Source: Methyloligellaceae bacterium (GTDB lineage: Bacteria > Pseudomonadota > Alphaproteobacteria > Rhizobiales > CAYWUX01). Taken from it: a DNA stretch of 29,405 nt. Of this stretch, positions 19,988 through 28,308 are shown piece by piece. The position numbers and the translations under genes are program-made. Under the pieces are notes generated by a model. The model did no database searches, was not told where the DNA came from, and worked only from the letters and a program-made list of their open reading frames with translations. The DNA lies in assembly GCA_051009705.1 (NCBI GenBank), contig JBPCWG010000463.1, positions 1-29,405 on the forward strand. The letters run 5' to 3'. How positions within the stretch are numbered: position 1 is the first letter of the stretch; each line of letters begins with the position of its first letter.

Positions 19988-20584
19988 CTATTTTCGCGCG
20001 ATAATCTCGCGGCCTGTCACTTTGTTGAGATTGCCGGCGGACCCGACTTCCCGGTAACTCAGAATGAGGGGGCGTCGTCCTCGCAACTGCAGCTGCGGGC
20101 TGCGGGCAACAGGCTCATGAACAATCAGCTTGCCGAGCCTGTCGAAGGGTTCGTAAATTTGCCCGGCTGAAGATTCAACCAGCGCCGGCAATCTCAGAAC
20201 CTTTGACCAGCTCATCCAGCGGGCCGCGATATCGTAAGAATGATCAGCCCGGTAAACGGGGATCTGGAATTTCGGGTCCGGGTGCAGCAGGAACACCGTG
20301 TACATGAAATCTTTGTCGTCTTCACCGACGGTCTGAACACGAAGCACCACGCCCGAAAATTCGGAAATTGGTTTTCTCTCGACTCGCGATTTGGAGATGA
20401 AAAAGCGTGTTTGCACTGCGATGGAACGCCGCCCAATCGTAATGCGATCCCGCCCGAACAGACCCGGCACTAACGGCTCGCGATGGTCCAGGACACAGGA
20501 TTCAGGTAAAATGTATGGATCGATGTCCACGGCCCTGGCAGACCAACGGTCTGCCAATGGCTGTGGCTTTGTTTGACGCCGCAC
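19988..20584 (-). CDS. DUF6101-like family protein
   Basis: MRRQT start with a GGAG RBS. Motifs FSGVVLR, LLHPDP..IPV, IAARWMSWSKVLRLPALV and C-terminal RE..GREIIAR resemble the Rhizobiales protein usually found next to ubiA. Confidence 0.7.
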   Translation of the reverse strand: MRRQTKPQPLADRWSARAVDIDPYILPESCVLDHREPLVPGLFGRDRITIGRRSIAVQTRFFISKSRVERKPISEFSGVVLRVQTVGEDDKDFMYTVFLLHPDPKFQIPVYRADHSYDIAARWMSWSKVLRLPALVESSAGQIYEPFDRLGKLIVHEPVARSPQLQLRGRRPLILSYREVGSAGNLNKVTGREIIARK

Positions 20585-20772
20585 TGTTAACTCCCCGACG
20601 GTTGTCTATCGCAACCTCATATTTGCGGAGTGTCGCACAGAAGCCTTCTCATCCGATTAAGAGACATCGTTAATTTTTTGTATTCATGAGTATCAAATTC
20701 TATCAATTGGATTTAAGACATAGAGGCACACGAATTCCAAAAACAATTGGGAGCCGGTGCACCTGAACAGGT

Positions 20773-21582
20773 GTGGACTTTATGACGATTGAATACCCGG
20801 AACTGAAGGAAGACTTCGCGTTTCTTGAACAAGCCGTCGAAGCGGCCGGAAAGCTCGCCCTCGGCTATTTCGGTAATTCTCCCTCCGCTGAGAAAAAAGC
20901 GGACGGTACCGATGTCAGCGAAGCGGACCTGGCAGTCAATGCTCTACTGGAGGAAAGCCTCAGAGGCCACCGACCGGACTATGGCTGGTTGTCGGAGGAG
21001 TCCGTGGATGAAGCAGAACGATTAGGCCGGGAGCGGGTATGGGTGGTCGATCCCATCGATGGGACGCGTGCGTTTCTCGGTGAAAAACCAGAATGGGTGG
21101 TTTCTGCCGCCCTCGTCGCAAACGGTGAACCGATTGCAGCTGTCGTCTATAATCCGGTTGTAAAAGCTTTGTACAAGGCCTGCAGAGGACAAGGTGCGTG
21201 GAAGAACGGGACTCCCTTGAACATACTGAACGCATCAGCCCCCGACCAGCTGCCCATTATAATTTCCAACGGTCATTTCAAGCAAAGCAAGTTGGACAAG
21301 GCCTACCCGGATATTTTACGCATTTGGGTCAATTCGATCGCCTACCGAATTTGCCTGGTGGCAGAGAGCCAGGCTTTAGCCACGATATCCCTTTCCAACA
21401 AAAGCGAATGGGATCTGGCGGCCGCACACCTGATCCTCTCCGAAGCCGGTGGTTCGCTCACAACCCGCAGCAACGAAATTCCCAGATATAACAGCGCCAA
21501 CCCTTTAATTGAGAGCGTCGTAGCTGCGCCCCCTGTGGATCATCGTAAAATTCTCGATCACCTAAAAGCTGAATTTTCATAG
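20773..21582 (+). CDS. cysQ: Inositol monophosphatase / CysQ-like 3'(2'),5'-bisphosphate nucleotidase
   Basis: VSEADLAVN, YGWLSEES, WVVDPIDGTRAF and EWDLAAAHLILSEAGG. Alternative start at ATG 20782. Confidence 0.85.
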   Translation: MDFMTIEYPELKEDFAFLEQAVEAAGKLALGYFGNSPSAEKKADGTDVSEADLAVNALLEESLRGHRPDYGWLSEESVDEAERLGRERVWVVDPIDGTRAFLGEKPEWVVSAALVANGEPIAAVVYNPVVKALYKACRGQGAWKNGTPLNILNASAPDQLPIIISNGHFKQSKLDKAYPDILRIWVNSIAYRICLVAESQALATISLSNKSEWDLAAAHLILSEAGGSLTTRSNEIPRYNSANPLIESVVAAPPVDHRKILDHLKAEFS

Positions 21583-21926
21583 AATTGTGGGCCTGATGGG
21601 CCCGTCCCGAAAATCAGAACGTTTGATGGCGCATTTTATTGTTTTAATTCATCTTCTTAAGAGGATATTCTAATATTTTCGTTGATTGATTTATATCCAT
21701 CGACTATCGAAATGGACAGTTGAAAGATCAGGCGGGTTTTGCAATCATCCCGGGAAATTGGTGCTCTCGTATTATTGTGTGTTCTCGTTCTGACAGTATG
21801 ACGAAGTGAACCGCTGGCAGTGGGCTGCCCGATTGGCCCCACGAAAGAAATCATAGAATTCAAGGAATCGATAAAATTCAAAAGACAGAGGCATCAAGTT
21901 CAATACTTGCCCGATTCACGGGAGCT

Positions 21927-23891
21927 TTGCTGAGTCGCTATGTTAGATGGGTATTTTCATCGAGTACCGTTAAAAGGGTGCCTGAAAATCAAATTGAGCA
22001 GCTGACAGAATTATCGCCGGTGATCTTTGCATTCTGGCATGGCCAGTTCATGCTCACCGCCCCTGCCAGCCCTGAGAATCTTTCCGTCAAGGTCATGGTG
22101 GCCCGTCACAACGACGCGGAAATGATTTCCGAAATGTTAAAACATTTCAATATGGCACTTCTGCGTGGTGCCGGAGCCGGTTATCGGCGCAAAGATCGCG
22201 GTGGCGCCAAGATATTACGTGAGGCAATCAAAGCCATCAAAGAGGGATTTACAATTTCCCTGACTGCTGACATCCCGCCCGGTCCGGCCCGGCAAGCAGG
22301 AAGAGGCATCGTTACCCTGGCCAAGCTTTCCGGCCGGCCGATTATTCCCACAGCCATCGCCTCTTCCCGATACTGGCCTTTTAACACCTGGAACCGATTC
22401 ATGTTGAATCTTCCCTACTCCAGGGTTGCCGTACTCGTCGGCAATCCTGTTTGGGTTGATAAAAACGCTAGCGCCGATGAACTTGAGGAAGCCCGCCGGA
22501 ATGTTGAAAATCAACTCAATCAATTGACGCAGAAATCTTATGAAGAGATCGGGGTTGATCCACAAGTCGTTACCCTGAACCAACCGGGATTCTCCCTCTG
22601 GGTGTACAAGAAACTGTCGCGACTAAGCCGGCCCTTGATCAGTTTTATGCTCAATCGCCGGCTTAAAATCGGCAAGGAAGATAAGGCCCGATACACCGAA
22701 AAACTTGGTTTGCACGGCACTCCTCGTCCCGATGGGGATTTGTGCTGGACCCATGCTGCCAGTGTGGGAGAGACACTTGCGGTTCTGCCCGTCATTGAAG
22801 CGCTCATGAAGCGCTATCCGAAACAGAACTTCCTGCTGACTACCGGCACACGGACGTCCGCCGAACTCGCACGCGAACGCCTGCCCCGCGGCGCTATCCA
22901 CCAATATGCGCCAATTGATCATCCCGAGATCGTCGACCGGTTCCTGGATTACTGGATGCCGCAACAGGCGGTTTTCATTGAATCAGAAATTTGGCCGAAC
23001 ACGATCTTGGCACTCAGGGAACGGAACATTCCGATCGTGCTCCTGAATGCTCGCATGTCCGCTAAATCCTATCGCTGGTGGAAGCGGTTTCCCGGAATCA
23101 GCCGCCCTCTGTTTAGCGCCCTTGACCTGATCCTGGCTCAGAACATCTATGATCTGACAAAATATCTGAAGCTCGGAGCGCGCAATATCAAAAACGTCGG
23201 CAATCTGAAAATAGATTCGCCGCCACCGCCGGTCGACAATGACAAGCTGGTACCGCTGCAGAAGAGCGTACGCGGACGCACGATCTTTCTTGCCGCCAGC
23301 ACCCATCCGGGCGAGGAAGAGGAGATGATCGCACAGCATAAAGTCCTGGCCCGGGAATTCCCGGACCTGCTGACCATCATTGTACCGCGCCATCCTGAAC
23401 GCGGAAAGGATGTGCGGCAATTGATTAGCGACGCGGGATTGAAGCATGCCCAAAGAAGTCTGGAACAACTGCCCGCTACGGACGATTCTGTCTACCTAGC
23501 AGACACGCTGGGAGAACTCGGTCTCTTTTACAAGATATCGGATATTACCTTCATCGGGGGTTCACTTATCCCCCACGGAGGTCAGAACCCAGTGGAAGCC
23601 ATTCGATATAGCTGCCCGATCATTACCGGACCCCACTGGCATAACTTTCGCGAATTTTATTCCAAACTCATCACCGCGGACGCCTGCATCGAAAGCAGTC
23701 GCGAGACCCTGTCTGACGATTTGAGACGTCTCCTCGGCGACACTGAAGAACGGGCCGAGTTTAGCCGGAAAGCGGAAGCCGCCATTGAAGAACTGGGTGG
23801 TGCGCAGGAAAAAACCCTGACGGCTCTGGAGCATTACTTCCGCCACCCCAGGGATCATTCCGATGCTGAGGAGATCAAATGTGCATCTTAA
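21927..23891 (+). CDS. waaA: Fusion: DUF374/LpxJ-like lipid A acyltransferase (N-terminal ~210 aa) + Kdo transferase WaaA (C-terminal ~430 aa)
   Basis: The N domain has FAFWHGQ, ARHNDAEMI, LLRG and TADIPPGPARQAGRGIVTLAKLSGRPIIP. The C domain has WTHAASVGE, FIESEIWPN, GNLKID, AASTHPGEE, IVPRHPER, DTLGEL and GGSLIPHGGQNPVEA. It is a single frame with no stop between the domains. The exact start is uncertain. Confidence 0.88.
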   Translation: MLSRYVRWVFSSSTVKRVPENQIEQLTELSPVIFAFWHGQFMLTAPASPENLSVKVMVARHNDAEMISEMLKHFNMALLRGAGAGYRRKDRGGAKILREAIKAIKEGFTISLTADIPPGPARQAGRGIVTLAKLSGRPIIPTAIASSRYWPFNTWNRFMLNLPYSRVAVLVGNPVWVDKNASADELEEARRNVENQLNQLTQKSYEEIGVDPQVVTLNQPGFSLWVYKKLSRLSRPLISFMLNRRLKIGKEDKARYTEKLGLHGTPRPDGDLCWTHAASVGETLAVLPVIEALMKRYPKQNFLLTTGTRTSAELARERLPRGAIHQYAPIDHPEIVDRFLDYWMPQQAVFIESEIWPNTILALRERNIPIVLLNARMSAKSYRWWKRFPGISRPLFSALDLILAQNIYDLTKYLKLGARNIKNVGNLKIDSPPPPVDNDKLVPLQKSVRGRTIFLAASTHPGEEEEMIAQHKVLAREFPDLLTIIVPRHPERGKDVRQLISDAGLKHAQRSLEQLPATDDSVYLADTLGELGLFYKISDITFIGGSLIPHGGQNPVEAIRYSCPIITGPHWHNFREFYSKLITADACIESSRETLSDDLRRLLGDTEERAEFSRKAEAAIEELGGAQEKTLTALEHYFRHPRDHSDAEEIKCAS

Positions 23892-24903
23892 TCAGCCCGA
23901 CTGGTGGTACGAAAACCAGCGCCTCCTAAACCGTTCCATTGCCTTCCTGTTGCAACCCGCAGGTGCCGCCTACAATCTTGCGCACCGGATCAGAACACGA
24001 TGGCACGCACCTTACGAATCCCAGCTTCCCGTAGTGTGTGTCGGCAATTTCACTATCGGCGGCGGCGGCAAGACCCCAACTGCTATTCATATATCCAAAT
24101 TGTATAAACAGCAGGGAATGAAGCCCGTATTCCTGACACGTGGATATGGCGGTCGCGAAGCCGGTCCGTATCTGGTCGACCCGAAGCGGGATGATGCGGT
24201 AAAGGTCGGTGACGAACCGCTCCTGCTCGCACGGCATGCCCCGACCCTGGTAAGCCGGTCCCGGAAGAAAGGGGCACAATTCATTGAAGGCTTGGAGGCA
24301 GATGTCATCATCATGGATGATGGGTTTCAAAATCCGACTCTCAAAAAAGATCTTTGCGTCATTACCATCGACAACCAGTCGGGGCTCGGGAATGAAAAAA
24401 TTTTTCCCGCCGGTCCCTTAAGGGCCTCACTCAGATGGCAGGCCCCGAGAGCTAATTTGATATTGATGATCGGCGCGGAAGCGCCACACGGATGTCTGGT
24501 GAAAATTCAACGCAAAGGCTTTGCAGGTGATGTCTTGGAAGCAACTACGGCGCCGGTCGAAACACCAGACTGGCTTCAAGACAAATCGATTGTCGCCTAT
24601 ACCGGAATTGCCCGGCCGCAAAAATTTATGGATACACTGACTCAACAGGGCGCTCAGATTAGCGCGTTTTATGCTTTTCCGGATCACTACCGGTTTCGTG
24701 AGAATGATGCCAAATCCCTGCTTGCGACCGCGGAATCGTCAAACGCGGTGCTGGTCACGACAGAAAAAGACTGGGTGCGTATCCCGGAAGAGCCCGGCAT
24801 TTTCGGGGAACTCAAAAGTAAGTCGAAGCAGATGGTGATTTCGCTGCAACTAAACGCTGATGGGGAAGCGAGGTTTGTCGAACGGTTGCAAAGTGTGATC
24901 TGA
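23881..24903 (+). CDS. lpxK: Tetraacyldisaccharide (lipid A) 4'-kinase
   Basis: VVCVGNFTIGGGGKTP, FLTRGYGG, VGDEPLLL, IIMDDGFQN, FPDHY and LVTTEKDWVR. GTG 23881 overlaps the waaA stop and has a GAGGAG RBS. Confidence 0.96.
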   Translation: MHLNQPDWWYENQRLLNRSIAFLLQPAGAAYNLAHRIRTRWHAPYESQLPVVCVGNFTIGGGGKTPTAIHISKLYKQQGMKPVFLTRGYGGREAGPYLVDPKRDDAVKVGDEPLLLARHAPTLVSRSRKKGAQFIEGLEADVIIMDDGFQNPTLKKDLCVITIDNQSGLGNEKIFPAGPLRASLRWQAPRANLILMIGAEAPHGCLVKIQRKGFAGDVLEATTAPVETPDWLQDKSIVAYTGIARPQKFMDTLTQQGAQISAFYAFPDHYRFRENDAKSLLATAESSNAVLVTTEKDWVRIPEEPGIFGELKSKSKQMVISLQLNADGEARFVERLQSVI

Positions 24904-25140
24904 TCACTTCCCGGAAGCTTCAGCGCGATGAATTTCGTCATAACGCTTCAAGGAAATTTCCGCACTCGCATAAGCTTCCTGAAGGGCAACACTCCAATAT
25001 TTCAGGTTGGCAATGGGAATCGGAGTACCGGTTACGGCGCAGCGCACAAAATCACCGGTTTTGAGAACCTGGAATTCCCCGTCCATATACTTGAGTTCAG
25101 CCTCTTCCGAGGTTTTGGAAATTTTTTCAAAACGGTTCAT
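24904..25140 (-). CDS. DUF2093 domain protein
   Basis: MNRFE...Y.DGEFQVLKTGDFVRCAVTG..IP...LKYWSV..QEAY is characteristic of this small alphaproteobacterial family, which lies convergent on lpxK. Confidence 0.85.
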   Translation of the reverse strand: MNRFEKISKTSEEAELKYMDGEFQVLKTGDFVRCAVTGTPIPIANLKYWSVALQEAYASAEISLKRYDEIHRAEASGK

Positions 25141-25263
25141 CGATGTTTTTTTCCATCAGAACTAGGTGAAAATGCGATACGGAGAAGCGGATGAATTGCC
25201 TACCGCGTTTTTCTTAACATAGAAAGCCAAAGATTGTCATAATCCAAAAAATATTCTGGTGAA

Positions 25264-26820
25264 TTAGAAAAGAGATCCCTGTTTGCCGGAAATCTGATCC
25301 ATGGTCGCAGAAGCCTTGGTTTTTGAAGTGGTCTTTTTAGGTTTATCCTTATCAGCTTCCGGTGATTTTCTTTTGGGCCCGCCGCCCGATTCTAGGCTCT
25401 TGACGCGCACATTTCCATCCGTGAACTGCAGGCTCAACTCTTCGCCATCGCCAACTTCCGAAGCCTGCCGCACCATTTGCCCTTCGACCCGGCGGACAAG
25501 CGCAAATCCGCGCGCAAGAACCTGTTGGTATCCCAATGAATTCAACAATTTGGACTGGGTTTCCACATGTGTGCGAGACTGCCTCAACTGTTGAACATAC
25601 GCATTGCGCATACGTACCGTCGCGGTTTCCATCTGCTGACCCACATTCCTGATGCGCACGCTGATCGCAGAAACAGTCAGGCGAGCGCCGGTCCGGTCAA
25701 AGCGCAGGCGCCGGGCCTGGGTCGCATTTCTCAAAGCCGGAACCAGCCGGTCGAATATGCGTTGGGAATGGGTGATATGGATCTGGGTATTGGCATTCAA
25801 TGCCCGTCCAAGCCGTTCCCCGGCGTTGTCAAACCGCTGGCGCGAAATGGCGATGAGGTCCGTCGGCTTCGGCAACCCTCGCTCGGCAGCCGTCAATCGG
25901 GCACGGACCTGTTCAAGAAAACGCCTTAGGCTGATGTGCAGGCGATCTGCCAGCTCGCGATTGCGATCCAGGAGTTCAGAGAATTTGGGCACCGCCCATT
26001 CCGCCGCCTTTGTCGGAGTCGGAGCACGGGCATCGGCCACGAGGTCGATCAAAGTCCAGTCTGTTTCATGACCGACGGCAGAAATCAGAGCAATATCGCT
26101 TTCGGCCGCTGCACGGGCGACGATTTCCTCATTGAAACCCCAGAGGTCCTCTAGGCTGCCCCCGCCGCGGGCAACGATGATGACATCCGGACGAGGGATC
26201 GGGCCTCCTTCCGGTAAGGCATTGAAGCCGCGTATAGCCGCGGCAACTTCATCTTTGCAGGTTTCTCCCTGAACCCGAACGGGCCACACCAGTACCCGGG
26301 AAGGGAAGCGCTCGGTGAAACCGTGTATCATATCCCGGATCACCGCGCCGGTTGGCGACGTGACAATACCAATGGTTCCGGGAAGGTGCGGCAGAAGCTG
26401 CTTGCGTGCATCGTCGAACAAACCTTCGGCGGCGAGTTTCTTTTTGCGCTCTTCGAGCAGCGCCATGAGGGCACCAATTCCGGCATGCTCCATCGACTCG
26501 ATAACAATCTGGTATTTACTCTGCCCCGGATAGGTTGTCAGTCGTCCGGTGACAATAACTTCCAGGCCCTGTTCAGGACGAATTTTGAGCTTTGTTGCCT
26601 GCCCCCGCCAGATGACCCCTGCGATCACTGATTTTTCATCCTTAAGATCCAGGTAGATATGGCCCGATGCGGGTTGGGAAATCCGACCCAGTTCACCGCG
26701 CACGCGTACATAGGAAAACTGATCTTCTACAGCTTTTTTAAGCGCAAACGACAATTCGGAAACGCTAAATTCGGTAATATTTCCGCCGCCGGGGGAATCG
26801 TCTGGGGAGATCTCGGCCAA
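25264..26820 (-). CDS. xseA: Exodeoxyribonuclease VII large subunit
   Basis: FSVSELS, VRVRGELG, SGHIYLDLKD, VTSPTGAVIRD, IIVARGGGSLEDLWGFNEE, ISAVGHETD, RAPTPTKAAE and LARGFALV. Confidence 0.97.
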   Translation of the reverse strand: MAEISPDDSPGGGNITEFSVSELSFALKKAVEDQFSYVRVRGELGRISQPASGHIYLDLKDEKSVIAGVIWRGQATKLKIRPEQGLEVIVTGRLTTYPGQSKYQIVIESMEHAGIGALMALLEERKKKLAAEGLFDDARKQLLPHLPGTIGIVTSPTGAVIRDMIHGFTERFPSRVLVWPVRVQGETCKDEVAAAIRGFNALPEGGPIPRPDVIIVARGGGSLEDLWGFNEEIVARAAAESDIALISAVGHETDWTLIDLVADARAPTPTKAAEWAVPKFSELLDRNRELADRLHISLRRFLEQVRARLTAAERGLPKPTDLIAISRQRFDNAGERLGRALNANTQIHITHSQRIFDRLVPALRNATQARRLRFDRTGARLTVSAISVRIRNVGQQMETATVRMRNAYVQQLRQSRTHVETQSKLLNSLGYQQVLARGFALVRRVEGQMVRQASEVGDGEELSLQFTDGNVRVKSLESGGGPKRKSPEADKDKPKKTTSKTKASATMDQISGKQGSLF

Positions 26821-26998
26821 TGTGGTTGAAATCCTTGGTTTGGTGCATCGTTAGTTTGGCACAATGGACATGAAATGTTACATAGCATTTTGCTAAATGT
26901 GTTGCAGCCCCAGATTTCTGCAATCAGGAAAAGTTACATTGCTAAATTTTCAGAAATCCGATTTTCATTAAGTAAATCAACAATATAGAGACAGAAAC

Positions 26999-28294
26999 GT
27001 GTCAGAAAAACAAGGAAAGTTGAATGTCCTGCTAATCGGATCCGGCGGTCGCGAACATTCGCTGGCCTGGGCTCTGACAAAGAGCGCTCTTCTGGATAAG
27101 CTTTACTGCATGCCCGGAAACGGTGGCACACAAGACCTGGCTGAATCCGTTGAAATCTCAGTCAATGATCACAACGCCATCATTGATTTCTGCCGATCAA
27201 AGGATATCGGTTTGGTTGTGGTCGGACCGGAAGCTCCCCTGACGGCAGGCCTGGCGGACGACCTTGATGCTGCCGGGATTCTTGTTTTTGGCCCCCGTAA
27301 AAAGGCCGCACAACTTGAAGGGTCGAAGAGCTTCACAAATGACCTCTGCGAAGCCAACGATATTCCAACGGCCAAAAGCCGGACATTTACCGATGCCGCG
27401 TCGGCTAAATCTTATGTGCGGGAACAGGGTGCACCGATCGTGGTGAAGGCCGACGGCCTGGCTGCGGGCAAAGGCGTCACTGTGGCAAGCTCCATCGATG
27501 AAGCAATTGAGGCGGTCGATCAGTGTTTTGGAGGCGCTTTTGGTGATGCCGGTGTCAAGCTCGTCGTTGAGGAATGTCTCGTTGGAGAAGAAGCCAGTTT
27601 CTTTGCTCTCGTCGACGGCGACACGGCGCTGCCCATGGCAACGGCTCAGGATCACAAGCGCGCCCTCGATGGAGACCAGGGTCCCAACACCGGCGGTATG
27701 GGTGCTTATTCCCCGGCACCAGTCATGACCGAAGCACTCTGCAACACAGTAATGAAAGTATTTATCGAACCAACGATTGCCGCTCTCAGGGAACAGGAAA
27801 CTCCATTTCACGGGATCCTCTATGCCGGCCTGATGATCACCGATGATGGTCCGAAACTCATCGAGTACAATGTGCGGTTTGGAGATCCGGAATGCCAGGT
27901 CCTGATGATGCGCCTCAAATCCGATCTCCTGACAGCACTACTGGCAGCCGCCGAAGGCCGTCTTAACGAAATCGAACTTCAGTGGCATGACGATCCCGCC
28001 CTCACTGTTGTCATGGTCTCAGAGGGGTATCCGGGTTCTTACGAAAAAGGATCGGTAATAAACGGACTTGCAGAAGCATCCGGTGTGTCCGGTGTCGAGA
28101 TTTTCCATGCCGGAACGGAACGCCGGGAAAGCCAGGTCATTGCCACCGGCGGGCGGGTGCTGAACGTCACTGCGCGTGCCGAGACGATACGCATGGCCCG
28201 GGATCACGCTTATGAAGCGGTGGCCAGAATTAAGTGGCCCGCAGGGCGTTATCGTGCGGATATCGGCTGGCGGGCGCTGGAGAGAGAGGACTAG
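26999..28294 (+). CDS. purD: Phosphoribosylamine--glycine ligase
   Basis: [66 protein letters not shown] and TGGRVLNV. Confidence 0.98.
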   Translation: MSEKQGKLNVLLIGSGGREHSLAWALTKSALLDKLYCMPGNGGTQDLAESVEISVNDHNAIIDFCRSKDIGLVVVGPEAPLTAGLADDLDAAGILVFGPRKKAAQLEGSKSFTNDLCEANDIPTAKSRTFTDAASAKSYVREQGAPIVVKADGLAAGKGVTVASSIDEAIEAVDQCFGGAFGDAGVKLVVEECLVGEEASFFALVDGDTALPMATAQDHKRALDGDQGPNTGGMGAYSPAPVMTEALCNTVMKVFIEPTIAALREQETPFHGILYAGLMITDDGPKLIEYNVRFGDPECQVLMMRLKSDLLTALLAAAEGRLNEIELQWHDDPALTVVMVSEGYPGSYEKGSVINGLAEASGVSGVEIFHAGTERRESQVIATGGRVLNVTARAETIRMARDHAYEAVARIKWPAGRYRADIGWRALERED

Positions 28295-28308
28295 TCGAGA
28301 AAAATCCG

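Noticed and set aside
20657-20673. CtrA binding site
   Set aside because: The spacing is 9 nt, not the canonical 7.
21657-21881. 74-aa minus-strand ORF in the cysQ-waaA gap
   Set aside because: No family resemblance (it does not look like the small DUF4170 gene often found here), no clear RBS, and it covers the probable promoter of the lipid A genes.
26821-26998. Purine or ZTP riboswitch upstream of purD
   Set aside because: The region is AT-rich and lacks the conserved cores of either aptamer as far as I can see.
28234-28308. Longer patatin start overlapping purD
   Set aside because: It would overlap purD by 61 nt. ATG 28309 just after the purD stop is more parsimonious.
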